Numbered from the stretch's first letter, positions 16,150 to 27,226 are shown. The stretch is 64,000 nt of DNA from an uncultured Candidatus Saccharibacteria bacterium (GCA_964521185.1 CAZFRC010000003.1:2112-66111), one strand, 5' to 3'. The notes: generated by a model from the letters alone, not told the origin. Numbers and translations: made by a program.

Positions 16150-18336
16150 ATGCAGAAGAAAACATTTTCAACGGACATTGGCGGAAAAACACTAACCGCA
16201 GAGTTTACTGATCTCGCGGACCAAGCCCATGGTTCAGTGATATTGAGGTACGGAAAGACGGCGATCCTTGCGACTGCGGTCATGTCAGAAAAGTTACGGT
16301 CTGAGATTGATTATTTTCCTCTAACCGTTGATTATGAAGAAAAATTTTACGCTGCAGGCGCCATTCTTGGAAGCCGATTTATGCGAAGGGAAGGCCGACC
16401 ATCGGAAGAAGCTATTTTATCCGGTCGCATAGTTGATCGAACCATTCGACCTCTTTTTGATCATCGAATGCGAAATGAAGTTCAGGTGGTCATCACCATC
16501 CTCTCGATCGACGAGGATGACCCGGATGTTCTTGGCGTTATTGGCGCCTCGCTTGCCCTTTCAACTTCCGATATTCCGTGGGGAGGCCCCGTCTCTGCTA
16601 TACGCATCGGAAAGCAAAAGGATGGGACCGTCGTTATTAATCCAACCTATACTGCCAGAGATTCGGAAGACTACCTTTTTGACGTTCTGGTATGCGGCAA
16701 AGACAACACCATCAACATGATTGAGGTGGGAGCTCGTGAGGCTTCCGAAGAAGCAATCGGGGAAGCATTTGATTTAGCAATTCTTGAGCTTCAAAAAATT
16801 CAACAATTTCAAACGGATGTAATAGCACAGATGGGTCTTCCGAAAAAGAATGTCACCCTTCTTGAAACATCTACCGATTTACAAGCATTATTCCAAGCGT
16901 CATTTACCTCTCGACTACCTCTCGCGGTGATATCAGGAGAACCCGGAAAAAGTAAAATAGCTGCGCTTAAGAAGGAGTGGTTAGATACTGTCGCCGTTAC
17001 GCTTCCAGACGCGCTTTCAGGGGCCGACAGGCTGTTCGAGGAAGAGGTTGATGCGTGTATCCATCGCGAAGCAGTCGAAAATAACCGTCGAGCAGACGGG
17101 CGTGCGTTTGACGAAATTCGCCCTCTGTTCGCCGAAGCCGGAAATATGTCGGAAATACTTCACGGCTCGGGCATATTTTATCGGGGCGGAACGCATGTGT
17201 TTACCGCGCTCACACTTGGAGGACCTGGCGACTCTCAAATTCTTGACTCCATTGAATCTCAAGAAGAAAAGAAGCGGTTCATGCATCATTATAATTTCCC
17301 TCCATTTTCAACGGGAGAAACAGGTCGCCTCGGAGGAATGAACCGTCGAGCAATTGGACATGGAGCGCTTGCAGAAAAAGCACTGGTCGCGGTGATTCCT
17401 TCAAAAGAGATTTTTCCTTACACGATTCGATTGGTATCTGAATGCATGGCCTCAAACGGCTCAACTTCTATGGGATCGGTATGTGCAAGCACGCTCGCGC
17501 TAATGGACGGGGGAGTGCCGATTCTCCGTCCTGTCGCCGGAATTGCTATGGGACTTATGATCATGGGAGATTCCTATCGAATACTTACCGACATCCAAGG
17601 ACCCGAAGACCAGCACGGCGACATGGACTTCAAGGTTGCAGGAACTTCAGAAGGAATCACTGCGGTGCAGCTTGATATAAAATTAGACGGCGTTCGCGTT
17701 CCCATTCTTAAAGAAGCGCTGGCAGCGGCAAAGACGGCTCGTCTTAAAATCCTCAGTACCATTACCGAGGCAATTCCTGCCCCCCGTCCGGACATCTCTC
17801 CACGAGCTCCGAAAATTCTCACTACATTGGTAAAACGAGAACAAATCGGACTTGTGATCGGCCCTGGAGGCAAGACGATCAATGGTATCAAACAAGAAAC
17901 GGGCGTCGACGACATCACTATTGAAGACGACGGCACAGTATTTATCACTGGAAAAAACGGATCGGCCATACTTGCCAAACAAGCGATTGAAGAGTTAACG
18001 CGTGAATACAAAGTAGGGGACCGCTTTGACGGCACCGTCACAAGAATAGTCGATTTTGGCGCATTCGTTCGGATTGGAAAAAATACCGAAGGGTTAGTGC
18101 ACGTATCCGAAATTGCGCCATTTCGCATTGAACGAGTCGCCGACGCCTTATCCGAGGGAGAAACGGTGCCTGTGGTAATTCGAGAAATTGATGAAAAACA
18201 AAGAATTAATCTCTCGATCAAAATGGCAGATCCGTTATTCGCCGAACGAAAAGGACTTGTGGGCATCTCGCGAGAAAATTTGAATCATTCAGGGCATAAT
18301 GGAAGAAATGAAAGAAAACGATTTGAACGACATTAA
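16150..18336 (+). CDS. pnp: Polyribonucleotide nucleotidyltransferase
   Basis: PLTVDYEEK, RADGRAFDEIR, HYNFPPFSTGE, GDMDFKVAGT, KH and S1 domains; start at MQKKTF. Confidence 0.97.
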   Translation: MQKKTFSTDIGGKTLTAEFTDLADQAHGSVILRYGKTAILATAVMSEKLRSEIDYFPLTVDYEEKFYAAGAILGSRFMRREGRPSEEAILSGRIVDRTIRPLFDHRMRNEVQVVITILSIDEDDPDVLGVIGASLALSTSDIPWGGPVSAIRIGKQKDGTVVINPTYTARDSEDYLFDVLVCGKDNTINMIEVGAREASEEAIGEAFDLAILELQKIQQFQTDVIAQMGLPKKNVTLLETSTDLQALFQASFTSRLPLAVISGEPGKSKIAALKKEWLDTVAVTLPDALSGADRLFEEEVDACIHREAVENNRRADGRAFDEIRPLFAEAGNMSEILHGSGIFYRGGTHVFTALTLGGPGDSQILDSIESQEEKKRFMHHYNFPPFSTGETGRLGGMNRRAIGHGALAEKALVAVIPSKEIFPYTIRLVSECMASNGSTSMGSVCASTLALMDGGVPILRPVAGIAMGLMIMGDSYRILTDIQGPEDQHGDMDFKVAGTSEGITAVQLDIKLDGVRVPILKEALAAAKTARLKILSTITEAIPAPRPDISPRAPKILTTLVKREQIGLVIGPGGKTINGIKQETGVDDITIEDDGTVFITGKNGSAILAKQAIEELTREYKVGDRFDGTVTRIVDFGAFVRIGKNTEGLVHVSEIAPFRIERVADALSEGETVPVVIREIDEKQRINLSIKMADPLFAERKGLVGISRENLNHSGHNGRNERKRFERH

Positions 18337-19561
18337 AAAAACAGAGGAGAATACCGACGCACAAACCCCGCTTCTCGTTTCAAATTCGTCCGTGACAGTC
18401 GATAGTGGTCTTGCTCGAAAAAATACTCTGGCATCGCTTCAAAGCGCGCTTACTGAAAATACGTCATCGTCCTTTGTTCACCCGACCTCTACAAAAGATG
18501 CCGTGAACGGGAATTCACCCTTGTCCGTTCCTCAACAAACAGACGCCTCCACAAAAGACGGCGGGGGTGGGCGTGTACCTCTGCCAACAGAGGGCCACGA
18601 AAACCCGAAATCCACTCCTCAAACCCCTCTCGATGCAGTAGCTACGAAGACGGCGTCTGGATCTGTCGTACGTCCTCTTCGCACCTTTCGAACTGACATT
18701 GAAAAAGTGGTTCAAGAAAAAAAAATGTCGGTAGTAAGCGCGATTGCTGCGGAAAGCGAGAAACGGTCACGCGAAAAAAATACAAAAAAAGAGGCGCGGA
18801 TGTCTACAAAAGCGCTCCTTGGTGTTGGCGGTAGTATTCTCCTTCTTGTACTTGCGGTAATCATATTGGGTGGCGCAGTCATTTGGAACGCGAATCGTGC
18901 TCCGATCATTACCACCATTACTTCCGACCAAATACCAGCTCTGATCTTTGTTGACGGCCACGAAGAGTACCGAATGGACACAAAATCCAGCGCAACGATT
19001 TTGAGGGAGCTTGCCGGCGTTGGTCAAAGCATTATGGGAAAGCTTGGATCTATGATTCAAATATATCCTACGGTATTGATACCAAAAACGGATTCAAGCC
19101 CTGAATATAAAAAACTTGTTACCGCTCCTGAATTTTTTGATGCCATAGAAGCACACATCACGAGCTCTTTCAGGCGTTCCATAGAAGAAGATATCACTAT
19201 GGGTTTCCATATCTTTGACGGAAATCAGCCGTTTATTATTATCAAAACCAATTTCTATGAAAATGCGTTTCGCGGAATGATTGCATGGGAAAAAACCATG
19301 GATATCGATCTTGATCCGTGGTTTCTTCCGCCGCAATCACGCAACGCGCAACTCACACAAAACACCGAAGCCACTTCCACCCTTACGTTTTCAAGCGTGG
19401 GGTTTGTTGACCGTCTTATTAAAAACAAAGAAGTGCGTATATATCCAAGGCAGGGCACATACGGTATTCTCTATGGATTTATCGACCGGGAGACGCTTGT
19501 CATTACCACCAACGAATTTACATTTGCAGAAATTGTACGTCGATTCCAATCTACACGGTAG
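18299..19561 (+). CDS. Hypothetical single-pass membrane protein
   Basis: Disordered N-terminus, LRTFRTD motif, central TM. Confidence 0.75.
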   Translation: MEEMKENDLNDIKKTEENTDAQTPLLVSNSSVTVDSGLARKNTLASLQSALTENTSSSFVHPTSTKDAVNGNSPLSVPQQTDASTKDGGGGRVPLPTEGHENPKSTPQTPLDAVATKTASGSVVRPLRTFRTDIEKVVQEKKMSVVSAIAAESEKRSREKNTKKEARMSTKALLGVGGSILLLVLAVIILGGAVIWNANRAPIITTITSDQIPALIFVDGHEEYRMDTKSSATILRELAGVGQSIMGKLGSMIQIYPTVLIPKTDSSPEYKKLVTAPEFFDAIEAHITSSFRRSIEEDITMGFHIFDGNQPFIIIKTNFYENAFRGMIAWEKTMDIDLDPWFLPPQSRNAQLTQNTEATSTLTFSSVGFVDRLIKNKEVRIYPRQGTYGILYGFIDRETLVITTNEFTFAEIVRRFQSTR

Positions 19562-19594
19562 CGATAATACAGTTTTTTGATATAGTGAATCCAT

Positions 19595-19972
19595 ATGATT
19601 GATATTGCCGAAGCAAAGAGCTGGTTAGAAGAAGAGAAAGGTCTTCTTGAAAACGAGCTCGCGAGCGTTGGGAAACGAAATCCCTCAAATCCCTCTGACT
19701 GGATGCCGACTTCTGGATCCGTAGTCGGAGACACTGCGGAAGAAAGCGAGATGGCTGACGAAATGGAGGAGTTGGGTACTAATGCGGCTATCTTAAACGA
19801 TCTAGAAATTCGGTATCATGCCGTGCTTCGTGCACTTTCCAAAATTGAGGCTGGCACATATGGCATGTGTGAAATCTCGGACCATCCCATTGAAGACGAT
19901 CGTCTGCGCGCAAATTTTGCCGCACGTACCTGCACCGCACACATGCACAACGAGGAATCGCTCCCCGAGTAA
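19595..19972 (+). CDS. TraR/DksA family protein
   Basis: Coiled coil followed by AL.KIE.GTYG.C...I...RL.A...A.TC motif. Confidence 0.85.
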   Translation: MIDIAEAKSWLEEEKGLLENELASVGKRNPSNPSDWMPTSGSVVGDTAEESEMADEMEELGTNAAILNDLEIRYHAVLRALSKIEAGTYGMCEISDHPIEDDRLRANFAARTCTAHMHNEESLPE

Positions 19973-19973
19973 G

Positions 19974-21509
19974 ATGTTCGCGAAAGTTTACAGCGCACAA
20001 CCATTATTTCTTGATTCTGCACACATTACCGTTGAAGCCGATTTATCGAGAGGTTTGTATTCGTTTTCCATAGTGGGTCTTCCCGATAAAGCGGTTGAAG
20101 AGGCGCGCGATCGCGTATCAAGTGCCATAAAAAACTCCGGGTTCCCATCACCCAAAAGCCAAAATCGTAAAGTAGTCGTGTCTCTCGCCCCTGCGGATAT
20201 CAAAAAAGAAGGCGCTGCTTTTGATCTTCCCATTGCGCTTGCATATCTTGCCGCGAGTGAAAATATTACCTTTAATCCGGAACGCCGAGCATTTCTAGGA
20301 GAACTTTCGCTTGAAGGAGAAATTCGTCCTGTTCGTGGAACGCTTTCCGCAGCGCGATCACTGAAGATCGCCGGATTTCGTGAATTGTACGTGCCAAAAG
20401 CAAATGCGGCGGAAGCTGCTTTGGTCGATGGAATTGAAATATACGGAGTACAGACATTGAGAGAACTTGTGGAGCATCTCCACACCAAGAAAGGTGGTGG
20501 CGTGCGATCAGTTCGAATATCGCCTACCGCCCACACGTCTTTTTCTCCCACACTTCAAAATGAAACATTGTTGGATTTTGGTGATATACGAGGACAAGAA
20601 ACAGCAAAACGTGGTCTTGAGATAGCGGCGGCAGGTCGTCACAATATAGTGCTCTATGGTCCTCCCGGAACAGGGAAGACATTGCTTGCTCGTGCATTTA
20701 CTGGAATCCTCCCTCCGCTGTCGTTTGAAGAGGCGCTCGAAGTTACGGCGATACATTCGATGTCTGGTACTTTATCCGGAAGCGTGATGGGGGTCGCACC
20801 GTTTCGATCGCCTCACCACACCGCGTCATATGTGGCGCTTGTCGGCGGAGGACAAAATGTACGGCCCGGAGAAATCACTTTGGCGCATCGAGGAGTTTTA
20901 TTTCTCGATGAATTTCCTGAATTCGACCGTCGTGCCATCGACGCGCTACGCGAACCCCTTGAGGCGGGGGTAGTGACCGTATCGAGAGCACGAGGCAGCA
21001 TATCATTTCCTGCCAATTTTATTCTTATCGCTGCAATGAACCCTTCCCGCGGCCACGAACATGAACATGATGCCATCGCCGTACGAGAACGGCTTCGATA
21101 CCAACAAAAAATCTCAGGACCCATAGCAGACCGTATTGATATGTGGATCGAAGTGCCCCACGTTCCTCACGACACGTTATCAAAGAAACGCGCCTCGAAC
21201 GAAGTGGAATCCCCAAAAATTCGAGACCGGGTCGCCGAATCAAGAAACCGCCAACGGGAGCGGCTTGGCGAAACAAAAACAAATAGCGATATGACAGTGA
21301 AAGACATCGATCGCCACATCGTTCTTTCTCCAACCGTGGCGCAACTGCTCGATGATTCTGCACGGACACTTTCCCTATCGCCACGATCATATCATCGCGT
21401 TATCAAATTGGCGCGAACCATTGCTGATCTGTCCGGAAAAGAAACGATAGACAGTTCGCACATACTTGAAGCGCTCCATTACCGTCCAAAAAAATTATTT
21501 GATTCGTAG
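19974..21509 (+). CDS. comM: YifB/ComM Mg-chelatase-like AAA+ ATPase
   Basis: VGLPDKAVEEARDRV, GPPGTGKT, FRSPHHTAS, LFLDEFPEF; start at MFAKV. Confidence 0.93.
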   Translation: MFAKVYSAQPLFLDSAHITVEADLSRGLYSFSIVGLPDKAVEEARDRVSSAIKNSGFPSPKSQNRKVVVSLAPADIKKEGAAFDLPIALAYLAASENITFNPERRAFLGELSLEGEIRPVRGTLSAARSLKIAGFRELYVPKANAAEAALVDGIEIYGVQTLRELVEHLHTKKGGGVRSVRISPTAHTSFSPTLQNETLLDFGDIRGQETAKRGLEIAAAGRHNIVLYGPPGTGKTLLARAFTGILPPLSFEEALEVTAIHSMSGTLSGSVMGVAPFRSPHHTASYVALVGGGQNVRPGEITLAHRGVLFLDEFPEFDRRAIDALREPLEAGVVTVSRARGSISFPANFILIAAMNPSRGHEHEHDAIAVRERLRYQQKISGPIADRIDMWIEVPHVPHDTLSKKRASNEVESPKIRDRVAESRNRQRERLGETKTNSDMTVKDIDRHIVLSPTVAQLLDDSARTLSLSPRSYHRVIKLARTIADLSGKETIDSSHILEALHYRPKKLFDS

Positions 21510-21623
21510 AGCCAGTGGTCGATATTACCTAACATTCTACGACCGTGAACAATTAGGTAATGCGTGTCCCGTTCAAATATCGAAAGATTCAAACGAAAAC
21601 ACTCACTGAAACGGAGAATATTT

Positions 21624-22769
21624 TTAGAACGGATTCTTAGCTCCGCGAATCTCAAAATGGAGATGAGATCCCGTGGCACGTCCCGTTGCCCCCACATATC
21701 CAACCACTTCTCCCTGTTCAACCACTGCTCCAGTCGAGACGGCATTTTGGCTGTGATGAGCATACAGCGTCTGCGTACCGTTTGCGTGCGACACAACCAC
21801 ATAATTACCATACCCACCATTCCATCCTCCGGATCGGCTCACGACCACTGTTCCAGCAGCAGACGCGCGAACCGGCGTCCCAACTGGAGCGGCAATGTCA
21901 ATACCGTTATATCCGTGAATTCCTTGCGTTTTTCTGCCAATCGGAAGTGGGTGCATAAAGAATCCAACCAACTCAGGTCCGCTTGTGCCTCGTATGATCG
22001 AACGGCTCGACCCTGAATATGTTGTCACCACTGGAGCAACTTCGCCGTAAGGAATAATGAGAACATCTCCCACCGAAAGCGAAGATCCCTCTTCAAGCCC
22101 GTTGTAGGAGAGCACTTCTTCGAGATCACCTTTGTATTTTTTGACGATTCCGGCAATAGTTTCCCCTTTCACCACCGTATGTCGAACCCCTGTAACTGGC
22201 AATATGACCAGCATTTCTCCTTCTTTAATCAAAGTGCCTCGTTTAATGTCATTTGCCCATAAAATAGTATTGACTGAAACACCATACATTTCTGCAATTT
22301 CAGATAACGAGTCTCCGGACCGGACTACGTAAATACTGACCTGGTCAGTCTTTGGCGTTTCGTCTACAAAAGTGCCCGAGGGTCCTTCGGAGGGAAGAAT
22401 AAGAGCCCCATCAACTACAGTAATATCGCCTCCTCCTCGAGGAAGCAGCCGCTCTGGTGTGCGAAGCGCAAATAACAGTGGAATGTTTTGAGAGTTGTAT
22501 GCTGTTCCTTCTTGAGACACGGAAGATGAAAATGCTACCTCGGAAAAAAAGCGGCGAAGTGAAAACGCTTCAGGAATAAAGCCTGCATGAGCAAGAAGAG
22601 GCACGCCGACAAAAAGCACGAGCGTAAAAAAACCTACAATATATGTTCCCATGGACGGCTCTCGCCGAGAACTCAAGAAAGAGCTGGGATTTTTTGTATG
22701 AGAAGTGATACGCAATGTATTAAATGGTAATGTCACGAGTCCAGTATATAAATGGCTTAACAAAGCCAT
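21624..22769 (-). CDS. LysM-domain M23 peptidase
   Basis: Two LysM repeats (YVVRSGDSLSEIA; HTVVKGET), M23 motifs GIDIAA, TLYAH, HLHFE; true start may be near 22652. Confidence 0.9.
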   Translation of the reverse strand: MALLSHLYTGLVTLPFNTLRITSHTKNPSSFLSSRREPSMGTYIVGFFTLVLFVGVPLLAHAGFIPEAFSLRRFFSEVAFSSSVSQEGTAYNSQNIPLLFALRTPERLLPRGGGDITVVDGALILPSEGPSGTFVDETPKTDQVSIYVVRSGDSLSEIAEMYGVSVNTILWANDIKRGTLIKEGEMLVILPVTGVRHTVVKGETIAGIVKKYKGDLEEVLSYNGLEEGSSLSVGDVLIIPYGEVAPVVTTYSGSSRSIIRGTSGPELVGFFMHPLPIGRKTQGIHGYNGIDIAAPVGTPVRASAAGTVVVSRSGGWNGGYGNYVVVSHANGTQTLYAHHSQNAVSTGAVVEQGEVVGYVGATGRATGSHLHFEIRGAKNPF

Positions 22770-22802
22770 TTATTTAAGAAAGCATCCACGGAGTACCCCC
22801 CA

Positions 22803-22897
22803 ACTATACTTACCTGGAGGCGAGAGTCAATCACTTATCCACAAAGCTATCCACTTGCATACTATTTGACAAGATGGCTGTTTTGTCGTCATACTAT
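22803..22897. promoter_or_regulatory. Divergent promoters separated by DnaA boxes
   Basis: Minus TTGACT-N16-TATAGT; plus TTGACA at 22866; ttatccaca 22835-22843 and ctatccact 22847-22855. Confidence 0.5.
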
Positions 22898-22947
22898 GGT
22901 TAGTAAATATCCGGCCACAATCCCGCGGCCCCAGGAAGGAGGTTCCG

Positions 22948-23328
22948 ATGAAGAAGATGGTGCGGTACTTCTGCATCTACCTAGTCATTTTCTTATCAAT
23001 TTTTTTCTCCGGGACACCATACGGTGTTCCACCCCCTACTATAGAACTAAAATACTATTCGGAAGTGGAGATATTTTACCTGGATGAAACAAGCACCCCA
23101 AGACCCACACAATGTGGGGTGAAGGGGGTTTTTCACGTATTATATCTCGAAGAAAGACAGAGAGTACTGTTGGCATCCACGGAGAATTCAGAGATTGTTT
23201 GCCTGTCAGGCAAACACAAAATTTTCATCGTGAATCCATTAAATCTAGAAATAATGTTTAACAAAAAAGTAATTCAGGCACAGAGAATTACTCTCAAAGA
23301 GTTGATAAAAAGAATGGGGGGGAAATGA
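22948..23328 (+). CDS. Hypothetical exported protein
   Basis: Strong SD aaggagg; signal-like N-terminus. Confidence 0.6.
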   Translation: MKKMVRYFCIYLVIFLSIFFSGTPYGVPPPTIELKYYSEVEIFYLDETSTPRPTQCGVKGVFHVLYLEERQRVLLASTENSEIVCLSGKHKIFIVNPLNLEIMFNKKVIQAQRITLKELIKRMGGK

Positions 23329-23439
23329 TGAATAGGAGGCGCCGCTTGCAGTTGTCAATTTTCTGACACCAAGGGCGCTTTTTTGTTTTTATAGAAAAAA
23401 TTTTAGAAAATTCGTGGGAATAGATGCTATAGTGCCGAT

Positions 23440-25341
23440 GTGCTTGATTATTTACATACACTAAACCATGAACAGCGAAAGGCTGTCGAACATACTGATG
23501 GGCCGATTTTGATACTCGCGGGAGCGGGAGCGGGAAAGACAAAAACGATCACGCATAGGATACTCCATTTGATCCATAGGGGTGTTGAACCGGATCAGAT
23601 ATTGGCTATTACCTTTACGAACAAAGCCGCTCGAGAGATGCGTGAGCGGGTCAATTCGCTCGTTCCTGAAAAACTCCGTGACGGCCGCGGTCCGTTTTTG
23701 TCCACCTTCCACGCGCTTGGCGCGATGATTCTTCGAGAAAATGCGCAGAAGATTGGGTTGACCAGACATTTCACCATCCTCGACCGAGGAGATTCTTTGA
23801 AGGTGGTGAAAGATACTCTTATCCAGCTTGGATATGATCCGAAGCAGTTTGAACCAAGAAAAATTTTGGCGGGAATTTCGCGCGCAAAAGGAGACGGCAA
23901 GTCACTGGAGACTTTTTTTGAAGTCGTTCACAGCTTTCAGAATCGGCTCATAGGATCAGTATGGGAAAAGTACGACGCCACACTACGCAAAGAAAAGGCG
24001 CTCGATTTTGATGATCTTCTCTTCAAAATGCTTACGCTCCTTCGCGAGAATCCTGATTTACGAAGCCATTACCAGACGCGATGGAACTATATCCACGTTG
24101 ATGAATATCAGGATACGAACGGCGTGCAGTATGAAATTATCCAGGTTTTGGGAGCAAAGCATAGAAACATTTGTGTTGTGGGAGATCTCGATCAGTCAAT
24201 CTACAGCTGGAGAGGCGCAACCATTGACAACATTCTTTCGTTTGAGAAGGATTATCCGGATGCCGCCGTACATGTACTTGAACAAAACTACCGATCCACC
24301 AAAACCATCCTTGCGGTCTCAAACGATATTATTGAAAAAAACATCAAGCGACGAAAAAAACGGATGTTTACAGACAACGCGGACGGGGAATCCGTGTCAC
24401 TGTTTGCCGCGTATGACGAAAAAGATGAGGCGGCGTTTATCGCAACGAAAGCGAAGCGCCTCATAGAAAATGGTGTGTCTCCGAAAGACATCGCGGTTTT
24501 ATACCGAACAAACTTTCAATCACGCGCCATTGAAGAAGCGTGTCTTGCTCTCGGCATCCCGTATCACGTAATCGGCACGCGTTTTTTTGAACGAAAGGAA
24601 GTAAAGGATGTCATGTCGTTTATTCGTGCCGCATTAAACCCAGGTGGTACGAACGATATTGCTCGTATCGCCAACGTGCCGCCGCGAGGCATTGGCAAAG
24701 TAACGCTTCTGAAAATGCTTTCGGGACAGACGGTTTCGGGAGCAGCGGGGGAGAAAGTGCGGGAGCTTACAGAGTTGCTTCGTGGGATTGAGAACACTGC
24801 GCGAAGTGAAAAACCTTCTGCAACACTTCGATACATCGTAGGGAAAACTGGGCTCGATGCCTATTACAAAAAAGGAGGCAATGAGGATCTCGAGCGTTTA
24901 AAAAACATCGAAGAGCTGGCAACCATCGCCTCATCGTACGATGAACTGCCTCCGGAAGAAGGCATTCTCGCGTTTCTTGAACATGTAGCGCTCCATAGCG
25001 ATCAGGACGACATGCCGGATAAACCGGAAGGCATCGCGCTCCTCACCGTACACGCGGCAAAAGGGCTTGAATTTTCCTATGTGTTTATTACCGGACTTGA
25101 AGCGGGGCTCTTTCCTATAGAACGAGATCCTGATGAAGATGGAGAAGAAGAGCGGCGATTATTTTATGTGGCGCTCACCCGCGCAAAACAAAAATTGTTT
25201 CTTTCGTTCGCGTCCGCAAGAACCATTTTTGGTTCAAGAACCCTTACGGTGCCATCAGAATTTCTTTCCGATATTGATCCTGTCCATCTTGTGGAAGAAG
25301 AGCGTCCACACGGACTCGGTAAAGTGATATATCTTGAGTAA
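23440..25341 (+). CDS. pcrA: UvrD/PcrA superfamily 1 DNA helicase
   Basis: LAGAGAGKT, VDEYQD, QNYRST, TVHAAKGLEF, EERRLFYVALTRA. Confidence 0.95.
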   Translation: MLDYLHTLNHEQRKAVEHTDGPILILAGAGAGKTKTITHRILHLIHRGVEPDQILAITFTNKAAREMRERVNSLVPEKLRDGRGPFLSTFHALGAMILRENAQKIGLTRHFTILDRGDSLKVVKDTLIQLGYDPKQFEPRKILAGISRAKGDGKSLETFFEVVHSFQNRLIGSVWEKYDATLRKEKALDFDDLLFKMLTLLRENPDLRSHYQTRWNYIHVDEYQDTNGVQYEIIQVLGAKHRNICVVGDLDQSIYSWRGATIDNILSFEKDYPDAAVHVLEQNYRSTKTILAVSNDIIEKNIKRRKKRMFTDNADGESVSLFAAYDEKDEAAFIATKAKRLIENGVSPKDIAVLYRTNFQSRAIEEACLALGIPYHVIGTRFFERKEVKDVMSFIRAALNPGGTNDIARIANVPPRGIGKVTLLKMLSGQTVSGAAGEKVRELTELLRGIENTARSEKPSATLRYIVGKTGLDAYYKKGGNEDLERLKNIEELATIASSYDELPPEEGILAFLEHVALHSDQDDMPDKPEGIALLTVHAAKGLEFSYVFITGLEAGLFPIERDPDEDGEEERRLFYVALTRAKQKLFLSFASARTIFGSRTLTVPSEFLSDIDPVHLVEEERPHGLGKVIYLE

Positions 25342-26224
25342 AATGCACAAGCGAATATTACGGAAAAAAATTGGACGAGGAAGGCATGTCCCCCACACAA
25401 GATTGGGTCAGCATTTTCTTACTGCCGCATCGGTGCTTACAGAAATCGTTAATACCGCTTCGATCAATCCAAATGAGATTGTGTTAGAGGTAGGACCCGG
25501 AAAGGGAATCCTTACCGAAGTACTCCTCACAAAAACGCGGCAGGTGGTTGCCGTGGAAAAAGATACCGGTCTTGTTTCGTATCTTTCCAAAAAATTTATG
25601 GGGGAAATTTCTAGCGGGCAACTCAAACTAATCGAGGGCGACATACGGAATATTAATCTGTCTCCGCTTTTCTCCGCAGAGCATCCTTTCATTGTCGTTG
25701 CAAATATCCCCTATTATCTAACCGGAGAGTTGCTGCGGCAGTTGTTGTCCGGCTCTCCCAAACCTTCTCGCATGGTGCTGTTGGTCCAAAAAGAAGTTGC
25801 GATACGTATTGCACGGTCAAAAAAAGAATCCGTACTTTCACTTTCGGTCAAAGCCTTTGGAGAGCCTCGATACGTGCGTACCGTGCGAAAGGGAAGCTTC
25901 AGTCCGCCTCCCAAAATAGATTCGGCGATTATCGCAATAGAACACATCCGAAACTATCTTACGCCAAAAGAAGAAAGGGTATATTTTGATCTTATTCATG
26001 CCGCGTTTTCAAAAAAACGCGGCATCGCCATTCGCCGCTTTGAGTCAGAATTTCCCTCGATACCTTTTGCCGCTGTTTTTGAAACCTTGCAGCTCCCTCG
26101 CACAGTCCGCCCTGAGGATATGGTGTTTGAGCAGTGGATACGCCTAACCCGCATCATCACAAAAAACAAACACAGGAGGAAAAACGCATTTGGCGCTCTC
26201 ACGAGTCATCGGTATACTTACTAA
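25334..26224 (+). CDS. rsmA: 16S rRNA m6(2)A dimethyltransferase
   Basis: LGQHFL, LEVGPGKG, VANIPY, VQKEVA, PPPKIDSA. Confidence 0.95.
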   Translation: MSKMHKRILRKKIGRGRHVPHTRLGQHFLTAASVLTEIVNTASINPNEIVLEVGPGKGILTEVLLTKTRQVVAVEKDTGLVSYLSKKFMGEISSGQLKLIEGDIRNINLSPLFSAEHPFIVVANIPYYLTGELLRQLLSGSPKPSRMVLLVQKEVAIRIARSKKESVLSLSVKAFGEPRYVRTVRKGSFSPPPKIDSAIIAIEHIRNYLTPKEERVYFDLIHAAFSKKRGIAIRRFESEFPSIPFAAVFETLQLPRTVRPEDMVFEQWIRLTRIITKNKHRRKNAFGALTSHRYTY

Positions 26225-26227
26225 GCA

Positions 26228-27226
26228 ATGCGACGCAATTCATACAAATGGCTCCCTAGCCGGTCGGTGGGCATTTCACTCGTTTTGGTTGGCGTATTGA
26301 TAACGGGAAGCGCGTGGTACACCACTTACGGTCACAACCTTTTTGCATTGAACACGGAAAGCATACCTGAATCCGGAAGCGTCGAAAGAGTTCTTGATTC
26401 CGATAACGACGGACTCAAAGACTGGGAAGAAACACTTTGGAACACCGATCCAAACCTCCCCGATTCTGATAATGACGGCATGTCTGACGGTGAAGAAGTG
26501 TCTCTGGGTACTGCCCCAAACGGAGAAGAATCGAGCAGCTTGGTAAATGAAATAATGGCAACGTCTTCCGAGTTTGTCGCCTCCGCCTCATCCCCCCTGA
26601 CCCCCACCGATCAATTTTCCCGCTTGTTTTTCAAGCATTTTATTGAATCCCAAAACACACAAGACCCGAGCGGACGCTTTAGTGATCCAAGAGAAATTGA
26701 GATCTTAATTGCAGAGGCTGATACGATTCGAAACAAACCTCCCAAATACACGAGAAGCGATATTTTGATAGTTCCAGACGTAACGCCTAAAGAACTTCGC
26801 GTCTACGGAAATGCGGTTAGCCACGCATACGCAATCCACACGAAACCGGGAGCTGAAGCGGAATTCGTGGTTTTAAACCGAGCGCTTGTCACAAACAACA
26901 AAGCGGATTTTGCGAAGCTTGCCGACGCCGCCGACATGTACTGGAACGGAGCTCAGGAGCTTCTGAAACTTCCAGCACCGGAATCATTGGCCGGGTTCCA
27001 GCTCGCGATCATTAACAGCACGGTGGGCCTTTCCTACGCCATCCGAGATTTGAGCGTGATGCCCGATGATCCTCTTCGAGGAGTGCTCGGATTGCGCTCA
27101 TATTATGAACGGTTTCAGTCGCTCGTGAGCAGCATATCTGCAATGTCCCGATATTTTGCCGCTTTTAACATACACTTTTCACCAACAGAAGACGGGTACA
27201 TGTTTGAAATCCTCAAAATCAAGTGA
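26228..27226 (+). CDS. Membrane-anchored protein with Ca-binding DxDxDG (TSP3-like) repeats
   Basis: N-terminal TM; DSDNDGLKDWEE...DSDNDGMSDGEE. Confidence 0.75.
   Translation: MRRNSYKWLPSRSVGISLVLVGVLITGSAWYTTYGHNLFALNTESIPESGSVERVLDSDNDGLKDWEETLWNTDPNLPDSDNDGMSDGEEVSLGTAPNGEESSSLVNEIMATSSEFVASASSPLTPTDQFSRLFFKHFIESQNTQDPSGRFSDPREIEILIAEADTIRNKPPKYTRSDILIVPDVTPKELRVYGNAVSHAYAIHTKPGAEAEFVVLNRALVTNNKADFAKLADAADMYWNGAQELLKLPAPESLAGFQLAIINSTVGLSYAIRDLSVMPDDPLRGVLGLRSYYERFQSLVSSISAMSRYFAAFNIHFSPTEDGYMFEILKIK

Noticed and set aside
17574-18266. Long antisense ORFs (also 34155-34742 and 44013-44747)
   Set aside because: Antisense shadows of the well-supported pnp, virB4 and PBP genes.
23091-23133. 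Terminator-like hairpin inside the 22948-23328 ORF as a third attenuator
   Set aside because: No short leader ORF with a stop before it, and no clear alternative pairing.
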